This document shows, in pieces, positions 1 through 11,532 of a DNA stretch of 64,000 nt. Source of the DNA: Bugula neritina (Eukaryota > Animalia > Bryozoa). The position numbers were made by a program, and so were the translations under genes. The stretch spans positions 11,862,463 through 11,926,462 of the forward strand of contig OZ037770.1 of assembly GCA_964035545.1 (NCBI GenBank). Direction: 5' to 3'. How positions within the stretch are numbered: the first letter of the stretch is position 1; each line of letters starts with the position of its first letter. The notes under the pieces were generated by a model that had not been told where the DNA came from, did no database searches, and was given only the letters and a program-made list of their open reading frames with translations.

Positions 1-220
1 TTTACTTATATATACTTTAATGTATTTACATATCTACATATATTTACTGTAATATAAACTTACGTGTTTGGATGTATTTACTGTAATATATTTACATATT
101 TACATGTAATGTATTATTTGTAATACAAACTTACATATTTACACATATTTACTGTGATATATTTTATCTTTGCATTTATTTACTATTAGTCATTAACATA
201 TCTATATATTGTATTTACAG
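1..220. repeat. Degenerate AT-rich minisatellite (TATTTAC-based) in a collagen A intron
   Basis: Repeated TATTTACATA / TATTTACTGTAATA units. Confidence 0.6.
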
Positions 221-339
221 AGGTTTATTTAAATGGATTTACAGTGCTTTGATAAGTTATTATATGACAAAAACATTGCATGCAATCTGAATGACAATAA
301 ATCAGCTTTCACTGTAGCCTACATTCTATGTTTGTATAG

Positions 340-1712
340 GACAAAGAGGATGGAGGGGCAATCAAGGAGTCCCGGGTCCAAAGGGAGAGGCAGGAGATAA
401 GGGCAAACCCAACACTGCCCCTGGTCCAGCAGGTCCAAGAGGAGACCTTGGACCAGCTGGTCCTATGGGCGGTCTTGGTGCTAAGGGGCCAAAGGGAAAT
501 GCCGGACCTCGTGGAAGAGTAGGTTTACAGAAATATTATTTGACTTTTACTGGTTTTAATTTTGAGAAAACTGAGCAATTATTACCTAATCATCATATAA
601 TTTAGGATTTCTTAATCTCGATACTAGCAATGTATTATGAGATAGTTTAACAAACTGAGTCAAGCACTGTGTTTGTAAATTGTTTTGTTTATATTTTATG
701 CTACTGCTTTTGTAGAGATACAGAGGAGCTAAAGGAGAACAGGGAGTTACTGGTGGAGTCGGACCACAAGGAGGTCCAGGAAGAAAAGGTGCATCACTCC
801 GAGGGCCTACTGGTAAGAAAGAAGTAACAATTTATTTAAAGTATTTTAACTTTCAGACAAATATTTCTTATGTTGTTTGCCATGTTTTCTTTCATCTTCT
901 TCACTGACAGGAAACTGCTTTTTTAAAATTACAAAAATAGAAGCTTCTTTTAACGTTTGTAGCAGAACATGAATTAGTAAAGAAACATTTTCCAGAACAA
1001 TTGTGTTGGTAGTTACGAATCTAGTTTCTTGAATATAGGTATGAAAGGTGAGATGGGAGTGCCAGGCGGTGTTGGTCCTAAAGGAGAAGTAGGACCATCT
1101 TACAGAGGTCCAGTTGGACCACCTGGACCAGCAGGCCCATGGGGACCAAGTCTGCCAGGAAAAATGGGTGAACGAGGATTAAGCTATCCTGGACCTAAAG
1201 GTAAACAAAACCAGTAGCATTACATAAACTTAATTTCCTGCTTCTACGATGCTATCATAGTGTATAAAACAACATATATTGTGAAATATTTTCTTTAAGG
1301 CCTTAAATGCTAACCTTATGGACAATTTATTTATTACTCGTCTATTTGTAGCGATCAAATTCCTAGTGGTAATATCAAATATTAAAACCTAGCAATGAAC
1401 CTTCAAAAGGGATTGTTTGGCTCTAATATATGAATAAAATTAGCGTAGCTTGTTGAGTAATTGAGATGACAACTCCAAATTAATTTTTAAAAATACTATA
1501 TTTAGTACATATCATAATATTTAGTGCAAACAATACCTGGAGCTTGATTTGTACTTTCGGCTTTGTAAAACACATTTAATTTCTATATCACAGGTCCTGC
1601 TGGTGCTCCTGGTCCACAGGGACCACGAGGACGTCCTGGAGCTACAGGTAAAAGCGGTTCCAGTTGGGGCGCACCTGCACCACAAGACTCTGGAGAGAAT
1701 CTCTACGGCTAA
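340..1712 (+). CDS. Interrupted Gly-X-Y collagen, chain A (3' part; 5' exons lie upstream of the window)
   Basis: GT-AG exons 340-518, 716-812, 1039-1200 and 1594-1712 join in frame: [18 protein letters not shown]...GPRGR|RYRGAKGEQ...[21 protein letters not shown]. Exon sizes 179/97/162 are identical to the paralog at 5779-9294. AATAAA at 1846-1851. Confidence 0.92.
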
Positions 1713-3463
1713 ATGTTAGTCTAAACACACCTACAAGGAAAACTTTATAGTCTTAAGACAGATGAGATGATGCTTACTGACTCCACACTACAGATAAAAA
1801 ATAACATTGAACAAACAAATTGTAAACCTAATCGATTTGACTATGAATAAATGTGGAGATCGATCAATTTTAACATGATGACTACTATTTGCGCCATAAC
1901 ATGCAGCATTTGCTGTTTGCATAACTATAGAGAGTATGATATAGTGGTAAAGTATTAGTCTAGCTTATTAGCTGTTTAGATGGTGCAAATTTATTGGCTT
2001 AGACAATTCTGTTTCTTGATTTTTTTCAAACTATTGATTGCCAAATTACAGCTTGATTAGTAAAGTGATTACTAGCTTGCAGTAAATATTCTTTGACATG
2101 TTGCATTCATTCTATTTCTTATAGAAGTAGATTTAAATAATTATAAAAACAACAAGGTATCTCAAAGCAGTGTTTAGTATATTGCAGCAGCAATAACTGT
2201 CCAAAAAAAAAAAATTACAATATAATAATAATTATTTTAAAATAATTTCAGTACATCATATATAAAGCTGTACAACATCATATTTTCTTCCTCTAGACAA
2301 TTGACGCTTCTTTCTGTACAGGTATGTGAAAAGTTTACTCATGTCTCTTACTAAATAGTTTGTACCATGCACTGTCTTGGTGATTTGCATTTTTATTCTC
2401 AATATTGAATACGTCTATGTTTAAAATTCATTTTTTTCCATATCTGTTATCTTACAGTAATTTGAGGTTAGATTAGTAATCAAATAAAACATTGGTAGGC
2501 AATCATTTCTGTTGCATAGAACTAATGTTTGTGAAATTTATTTTGCTACAGCATATCATAAAGAGGCGACTTAGCAAGGGGCAAGACTTTCAAGACAGAA
2601 CACAAGTAAAATACTGAAAGATTGTGCCACTGACACAGAGAGCTTCTGAGCGCAAACTATTGAAGCATAAAAGTGAGTTAATAAGTCTTGTACATCTATT
2701 TGACATAGCTCCATGAAAAGATAACTTCTTCACACTTATAGTAAAAAAGAAAACAACTTCAAAATACATGTCCTTATATACGTAGCTATTATAAAGATGA
2801 AAGCAAATTACTTTGAAACTCAGTTCAAATAGTTGCCCAACTAAGACCTTAAATTAATAGAAAAGAAATGAATTAATATCTTTGCTAAGTTAGTAATATT
2901 ATACATATAACACTACAAGATTCTTAATTATACAACATTTTTGAATATATTCATTTTTTTATCATAGATTTATTATCATATACAAAGGAGTTATTTTCTT
3001 TTGTCTTTATTCTATCATGGTGGATAATATTCTCACTTCTGACTCCATTATTATTATTATCATACTTATGGTTCTTTACACGCTAATCATTATTTTTTTA
3101 TTTTCAATAATTAACTAAGGTTGCCTCTAATGCATCATGATATATTTAGGATCAAGTATTTTGGATTTTTCCTCCAACAAGCAGTAATGAAAATACAACT
3201 CCAAAAATAGGCAAATTCAAGCAAAATCTTTTATAATCTCACACTTTTTGGTGTAACCAATTGTAGGTCTTGCTATAGATTAATGTAAAATTCACAACAA
3301 CTTTTGTCATTTTTATTGTTTCTCATAACTTTCGCTCTGGGTTGAATTTATACAGGGCCTGCTACTTAGCAATTTGTAGTGCCCCCCCCCCCCCCCATGT
3401 AATGTAGATTAAACTTTTTGTGAGCTCACTATTCAGTATTATTTTGCTTTCTTGATTTAGTCT

Positions 3464-3548
3464 GGTGGTGCAGCGCATAGGGGCTTTTTCTACACTGCTA
3501 AATGAGTTGGTGCTGCACAGGTTCAAACCCCAACCACAGACAAATTTA
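3464..3548 (+). mobile_element. tRNA-like repeat head (probable second SINE-like family)
   Basis: A-box-like TGGTGCAGCG and B-box-like GGTTCAAACC. Resembles the minus-strand element at ~21050-21132. No clean cloverleaf. Confidence 0.45.
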
Positions 3549-5778
3549 TAACATGTTCACCATTTTTTATTCCATATTTTACACATTTTTCTTGTTAATC
3601 AGATGGGTGTTGAATTGTGTTTTAGAGTAAAATGACTGATTAACCTTGCCTGTGCTGTGAAAGAAGATTTCAAAAAATAACTACAGATGACAAAACGACA
3701 ATGGTTGAAACCAAAGTCTGATGTGCATCGTAGAAAGGTAGGTAGCCCATTTCTTCTATCTAATTATAAGTATACCATTTGCACTTGGTAAAGATTATTA
3801 TTATATTTCTTTATTATTTCTTATGTGCAAAATTAGTTTATGGTTAATTTTTCAGACTTATAGATGAATTATTACTGTAGTACCTTATATAACTTAGACA
3901 TACACATTTTATATTGCAAAGCCAAAGCTTTTTCATGATAGCCTTCCATATATATTACTAATTAAAACTTCTGCAGCAATCATAATTAAAATATGTCAAA
4001 ATGAGTATAATTTTAATTTTTTTGCTATAGTGCAATATTTTATCTTAGCCTCAAATCTAACAATTTATTATAAATAATTATTAATGATCTTTTCTTGTTA
4101 AAAGTGTAAGGCCAGTTAATCTTGTTGTGCATCAATCTGTGCCTGAAAGAAAGTCTGGGGATTGATATTAATTGTAAGCAAAAAATTGAAGCTGTAAATT
4201 ATGTACAGACACGACAAAAAACACATTCCCATCTTTTTTAAACAGCCATAATAGTATATAAATAAAAAGAAGTGTTATTGAATGATGAATGTTGAAAAAA
4301 TTACAATTAATTGATTAATATTTTGCATTTAAATTATTAAATGACTAAAGAACATGTTGATGGTTGTTGCCCTAAATTTTTCTGCTGTTTCCAAATATTT
4401 TCAGTAAATTGTGAGCTTGTTTGCTCTCAGTTAAACAGTGCAGCTAGTTACAAAGTATAATTTCTGACAATACTAATAATTAATAGCATTAGTTTAATAA
4501 AACTGCAGTTACCATTATTTACAGCATTACCTATCTACTTCTGCAGCAATTAGTTTAAATTTTCAAAACTGTTAATGTACATTTTAATTAAACTAACGAG
4601 CATTAACTAAAAAATTAATTTGATTTGGTGCTAAAAATAAAATTTATGGTTTTATATCAAGTTTTAAGTTTGCAAAACAAGTTATTTTAAATAGGGAGAT
4701 TGTGAATCATAAGCATCGTAAGTCCAATGTTTTAAAATTAAACTTTTTTTAATATTCAACAATTACACAAATTGGTATTTATAAATATAAAATTTAAAAA
4801 GTCTCTTATTTAAATTTCTAAAGTTTCCAAGTGTGTACTCTTATCAGAGTACTTACAGAAACATTTTTATGTGATTATGTCATTTATTTACTTTTGTAAT
4901 AATTTATATTACTCCAATAGATTAAAGTTTTGAAAAAAATGAGTTCACAAAGATGTATGCGCTCTTGCAATATTATTGATAGGTGCCATATTTTAAGTTA
5001 TTCAAAATGTCCCTTAGCAAAAAGCAGTAGAATGCAGCTGCCATCTTGACAACTCAATCCGTGTTGCTAGGTAACAGCATAACAAATGTATTTTATCACC
5101 ATAACAAAGCAAGTCATCAAACTAACACTAATCATATCTGCATATAATTAGAATTTTGTGCATGCTTTAGAAACATGTTAGAAAACTATGGAAAATTTTA
5201 AAATAGCAAATTCTTGATTGACTCATAAATATTCTGGTTGTCTAGGTTGGTGATGAGGTATTTTTGAACATCCTCTCTTTAAACTCTTTTTACTAACCTC
5301 AATGCAAATTCCAAAAAAAAATTTGAATAGAATGCACATTTGCTATGTAAATACTTCACTATAAAAAATAGTGTTTATATATACTCCACGTTTCCATAGC
5401 ATCAAATTGATACTCGTATAGTTAACATTGCAAGATAAAATGTGTGTGGTGCCCAAATGTCTTTTTTAATTAAATTTTATGTACTATGTATTTGAGGGAA
5501 TAGTTTGAGTAAATCTGATAGCTGTGGTAAGCCATACAAAATGTACTTGACACTTATCCCACCATTCAAGTTATATCTTTGAGTACTAAAAGCCTGTTTT
5601 CAGAATTAATAAGAGTGCAGTTTAAATTTAAATGCATTTATTATTATGACCTCACAATTTCTAAAACTTTAACCTTACAAACTGTTTAGAGAAAAATTAA
5701 TTTGAATCACAATATAGACTTAAACTGAATCCTTTGACATGTTAATCTGTGGGTCTTTCTTATCAATTAGGTTTGAAG

Positions 5779-8700
5779 TTAGTGCCAAATACTGGCTGCC
5801 TTTTCGCCCTTTGGTCCAGGGTATCCTGGTGGTCCCTTAGGTCCAGGGTGGCCAGCAGCACCTAAGAAAGCAATATAAATAGATATTAGTATTAAAAAAG
5901 GCATTAAAGTAAGGATTACAGAATATTAATATAGCTAGAAATATATTTCTTTAGGTTAAATGGTCATTTCAAAATAAGTTAATAGTATTATGTGGCATAT
6001 GCATCTTGCAATATATTAATCATTATGCTAACAGTAACATGCTGAGCATGCTTATATAATAAATATCATAAAATTTTACCTTTAGGTCCAGCATAGCTGC
6101 GACCACTGTCTCCCATTGGACCTTGGTGTCCCTCTCCTTGCATACCTGGTGGTCCAGCTGGTCCTGGACGTCCAGTGTATGAATCACCCTGCTCACCCTT
6201 AGGTCCGGCGTATCCAGGTGCACCTGGATGACCTCTCATTCCTGTAAGTAGAAAAGTAATTATTATAAACTGTTATCCAATCTTGGAAGTTATTAACTCT
6301 TTGATATTCAATGGTTAAAGACTACACACACTCAAATTATAGGAGTTATTTACTCTTTTGCATTTGTTAGTTGCAGACTGCAGGAACTTGTAACGCAAAA
6401 CAATTGTGTTGTTTTACTATTTGGTTGTTGAAAAAAACCCATTTTTGGCTTCCTATCAACACTTTTTGAAGATAGTAGTAGTTGTATACCTTTTGGTCCA
6501 TAGAGAGATGCACCCATTTTTCCTTTAGGTCCAGCATATCCGGGGGCACCATCAACACCCATCATTCCCTTTGCACCTCTGTATCTCTGAAAAACAAGGA
6601 AATAAACTAATCATCATAATAAAATTTGCATTTATAAACCAGGTTCTAAAATTGTGGCTTTCAAATGAACACATTAGATTAGTAAGGAGCACATACTCTG
6701 CCTCTTGGTCCCTTGTTTCCTTTAAGGCCTTGAGCACCAGGAGCACCATTAGGTCCAGGATATCCTGCATCTCCTATCATTCCTTTAGGACCAACACCAT
6801 ATCCTGGGATACCCACGTGACCCATTTCTCCTTTTGGTCCTCTATAACCTGGGCTACCGGGATGACCTCTCTCTCCTAAAAGTTGTTATAAACATTACTA
6901 AAGTTGAACCAGAGTTTTGAAACTAGTTGAAAACTTTTATACTTAGAAGTGTACTAAAATTAACATAATGTGGTTAGAACTATTTGTTCAGCTTTTTACC
7001 TTTAGCACCATATCCATTTGGTCCATCTAGTCCTGGAGCTCCAATCATTCCACGCTCTCCCTTTGGACCTCTGTAGTTTCTTCCTCTATCTCCCTTTGGC
7101 CCTTGAGCACCTGGTACTCCTGCTGGTCCCTTGACACCGGTGGCTCCACCATGTCCGATTTCACCTTTAGGTCCTGTGCAGAAGAAAAACTTGTGTTATA
7201 GGCCTACTGCTTTTCTGCTGACAATGCATTTACTACTTAAAAGAATAGTATATGTATTATGATAGTCAAATTCACCTTGTGGTCCAGGGAAACCATGTCC
7301 GCTGTGTCCCTTTGGTCCCTTGTATCCTGGTGGACCAACATCTCCTCTCTTTCCCTTGATGGAGTGTCCATTTCTTCCTCTGTATCCCATGTCTCCTTTG
7401 GGTCCCTTTGGTCCTCTGTGTGACAATCCTCTCATACCCTTAGCTCCAGGTACACCTGGTCTACCATCATGTCCTGGCTCACCTGGAGAATGTGAAAAGA
7501 GACTTTGAGAATGTCGCTGTAGCTAGTAAATAGAATGGAATAGAATGCCCTGCAATAAGTGATAAATAGTTTACCCTTTCTGCCGTAACCTCGGTCTCCT
7601 TGCATTCCCTTGGCTCCATTGTATCCTGGGATACCATCTGGTCCCTTCATACCCTTAGGTCCACGGTAGCTCTGTGAAAAAATGCATAAGATATGTTTTC
7701 TTTTATCAAAATTATCAATAGCATTGATATTATTGTTGGTCTATTAATTATTATCACATTTGGTGCTAGATACAATATTCATGAGAGTAAACATTACATT
7801 TCCATAAATCTTGAGTGCCCAAGACGGTCCAACCCAATTATAAAGTTTCTAATGTATGGTTATGATGTAATTAGCTAGTGATTTTATGCAATATTATATT
7901 GATGATGCCAACTGTAACTTGCATAAATTAAAATAAATTATAAACATACTCTTCCTCTATCTCCTTTAGGACCTTGTCTTCCTGGAACGCCATATGGTCC
8001 CTTGTCACCAGGTTGTCCCTTAGGTCCTCGGTATCCACGTGGGCCAGGGTAGTAGTTGGCCATTCCCTTCTCACCCTTGTAGCCATTAGCTCCAGGAAGA
8101 CCTAAATAGTTACAGCTTTGACATGTATGCAACAACAATTGTGGGTAAAATTATATATTCAGAAGTTGTCTACCCAAATAAATGATGTCCAGAATTGAGG
8201 AAGTTGTTGAAGGTAAAAAAGTTTGAAAGCTATGTCAGGCAAACTTAAGAATATGATAAACAAAAACAAGTTACGGCTGCCTTGTAGTAAAAACTGCTAA
8301 ATAAACAGGCTATCACAGATTTGACTAATGATTTTACCTGGGTGTCCAATTTCACCGCGCTCTCCCTTGGTGCCACGGTAGCTGCGACCTCTGAATCCTT
8401 TCTCTCCCATCATTCCTTTGGCACCATCCATGGGTTGAAGAGCGGCACCTTGGTCTCCCATACGTCCTGGTTGTCCTGGGGGTCCAATTGGACCTTTATA
8501 ACCTTGGTCTCCCATTGGTCCTTTGGGTCCTGGTGGACCTACAATACAAAAAAAAGTGTATTGAAATGTTTTGCTCTGTTGTGTGAGTAACTCAAGAAAC
8601 TGGGTTCAAAGGGATGGGTGGTAACTTACCTGCTGGTGGTGGGTGAGTGACACCGGGATAGCCTGGTGGTCCTGGGGGTCCAGGTGGGCCGGGTGGGCAT

Positions 8701-9294
8701 GGTGTTTTGCAATGGTGAGAATAAGCACTTCTTTTAGCTCTTGAAATGGTCTAATAATAGAAATATTAATATGTTTTCAAACTGAAAATAAAATTTTGGA
8801 TGAAACAGTAGTAAGAGTACACATAGTAGAAATTGGATGCTTAAAATAATATTGATGCTTATAAGTGTACTCACTGATTCAGGCTTTACATCTGGGAGCT
8901 TGTGAAGATCAACCAACTAAAAGTTATCATAAGCATTATGTTACAACTATGGTGGATAATTAATATGCTTAGGGTTGGCTAATTGATAATGAGTAATTAA
9001 CTGAACATGGAAATGACTAATATAAAAGAGTTCAACCCAGCAACTTTACAGCTTATTGTGTGTAGTATGACTTTTGGAAGCAAAACATAAAACATTATTA
9101 ATATTATGGTTATAGTTTTACTAAGACATTTTATTACAGGCTACTTAATATGTGTTGCAGCTCACCTCAGACTCTAGAAGATCAAGTTTGTTGAGGAGGT
9201 ACGTAGCAAATATGGCACCAGAGATGACGAGGGTGGTGAATATTGTGCATGAGATTAATATAGACACGGTGGACAGTTTCTTCTCGTGAGCCAT
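5779..9294 (-). CDS. Type II transmembrane (MACIT-like / cuticle-collagen-like) interrupted collagen, chain B, 547 aa
   Basis: 12 GT-AG coding exons (minus): 9294-9166, 8916-8875, 8750-8630, 8538-8338, 8101-7950, 7671-7575, 7482-7276, 7173-7000, 6875-6697, 6586-6490, 6241-6080, 5861-5779, totalling 1644 nt in frame. Translation [80 protein letters not shown]...[15 protein letters not shown] on minus at 5637-5642. Confidence 0.93.
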
Positions 9295-9499
9295 CTTCAA
9301 AATGATTTAAAAATGACAGTTTAAAGAACCAGAATTTGGTTACTAATAACTTATAAACAGCTAGAACTTTAGTATCTTGATCAACTGTTATTCAACGGTT
9401 TTAATAAGCTGCTTATGTTTTGCTGATAAGTTTTTGTTACCTACTTTACAGATTTTCAGAAGACATAAAGTGTTTTCATGTGAAGAAGTTTGTTCTTAC

Positions 9500-9615
9500 C
9501 TTGATGAGGGATCTCTCTCTTCCTCTATGACTTCTTTCAATAGAATATGTTATTTTATATCGGCGCTAGCTCCTCCCCATCTCTTAGCTCCGCCTTCTCG
9601 AATCTCCATCAATCA
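9500..9615 (-). promoter_or_regulatory. Core promoter and non-coding first exon of collagen chain B
   Basis: On minus: TGATTGAT (9608-9615), GC-box-like GAAGGCGGAGC (9587-9597) and GGGGAGGAGC (9569-9578), TATAAAA (9553-9559), TCA initiator-like A at 9528 (31 nt after TATA), and a short exon ending AAG|gtaaga at 9500. Confidence 0.7.
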
Positions 9616-11457
9616 ACATAAATGAAATGTCAAGTGAAAATCCATTTATCACTTGGCGAAAATTCCTGTTATATGTGTCTAATTATACATTTGATATGAT
9701 ATGTGGGGATATTTTGCAAAGTGTTTTGGTAATAAAATCTGCCGGTATGTGACCTGAAACAGACAAGGAAAGAAACGTTGAAAGAGACAGTATAATTATG
9801 CATGGGGAGCCAACTCAGCATAAACTCAAGATTTCTGTGACTCCGTGTCAATGAAGTTAAATGAGTTTTGAATTGTTATATACCTTTAAGATAGAAAAAT
9901 CATTATTCAAGACGACACTGTACCATGGTAACAGACTTATTTCTGTGTGAATAATTTTGTGATCCTAAAGCTAATTCGAATTTTCAAGTGCTTGAGCTAC
10001 TTATTGGGGATTTTATATGAATTTAATTGGAATGATTTTTTCTTATCGAAACATCTATAAGTATGTGGTGCCATAGATTTTGTAGCAAATTGCTTTATTT
10101 ACTGCACTTTTTGTTTTAAATTTTGTTTTTTTCACTGCCTGGTACAGTTTGCTACTAAAGTATGTATTGAAATAAAACTCATTCACAATGTATGTCATTT
10201 TATTTTAATAACAATAAATAACTCTTCATAATGACCATATAGACAGTGTCGATGTCAAATTCTAAAAATTGATATTAGTGATAAGTGTAACATTCCATAT
10301 TTTAAAACCATATAGTAGTCACATTATAGATTTTAAAGGTATCCTGGAATGCAAAATATCTTTACTATGATCAAAGTTACTTGCTGTTTATGTTGCATGA
10401 AAGTAGTTAAACTGCAAATCTGTCAGTATACGAAACCTAACATACTACTATATTACTCCATAACTACATCACTACATAACTGCATTAACATAATGCTATA
10501 ATACTATATTGTCATGTAACTATTTTACTACAATATTACAACACATTATACAATCACCATATTACTCAGAAATTCTAGAAGAGCGTCACTGCAGCACTAG
10601 GATGTAATGTAGTTTACAGTAAAAATAAAATATGTAAAGTTTTTACTTACAAACTAAACAGCACACATGAGTATGCATTAAAGAAATAAAAGTCAACACG
10701 TATAAGGCCAGATATAAAATCTGTTTAAAGCAACATACAAGCTTATACAACAGGCTTGTTAACTGTTCACTTTAATTTTTTACTTCATAATTCAGTAATA
10801 ACGCAGCTTTATCTGAAAGTTGAGTTAAAAACATGCCGTTCTCCCCATTTAACTATAGCAAATAGCTAAAATAATAACTTTGTCTTTATAAGTAAAGTTT
10901 TCAGTTGCGATAGTTATGTGCCTTTAAGGTTTAGTAAAGCTACAAAAATAAAGCTAAGAAGGAACAGGAATTCAAAGTTGCACGTGCTTTAAACTTTATT
11001 TGGCAATTGCTTCAGCAACTTTCTCCACTCTATAGAGAGGAGAAAGTTGCTGAAGCAATTGCTTTTTGTCTTGAATATCAACTGCTGTTCTATTTTTGGC
11101 AAGAATTGCAAAAAAATTTGCATTTCTACTGTTTTCCAGCTTTTTAGATTGCACAAACTGAAACAAATCAGCAAGTCTAAAATTATCAGAACTGAAACAG
11201 TTTCCACTGATACAACATCGTCTGCCAAACTCAATTGGCAAGAAAACTTTTGAGTTTTTGCCTGGCGTAGCTTCTAAATATAACAATGAAACAATAAAGG
11301 GTGGTGAACATGCACAGCTAGTTTCAAGTTTGGCTTTTTCAAAAAAAAGGTTACGAAATACAAAGATTTCAAATAATATATGTAACCCAAGTTAGCTAAT
11401 TCATGTTGCAAATGCACACATCTATTTGATGCAGATGACATATGCAAGTTATAAAAC

Positions 11458-11532
11458 TTTTGCCCCAACTGGGATTTGAACCCAAGACCTTGGGCTTGCT
11501 GGCAGGCACCTACCATTACACAACAGGGAACA
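11458..11532 (-). mobile_element. tRNA-like fragment within a probable interspersed repeat
   Basis: Reverse complement TGTTGTGTAATGGTAGG...CTTGGGTTCAAATCCCAGTTGGGGC has a B box and T-arm (GGGTTCAAATCCC) but a degenerate A box. Confidence 0.4.

Noticed and set aside
2296-3738. Plus-strand AG..GT exon-like segments (~2297-2321, 2552-2672, 3603-3738)
   Set aside because: The larger segments contain stop codons and I could not assemble a reading frame. They could be lncRNA or UTR exons but cannot be supported without transcripts.
438-7348. RGD tripeptides in chain A (438-446) and chain B (7340-7348)
   Set aside because: Not at aligned positions, and expected by chance in Arg/Asp-rich Gly-X-Y sequence.
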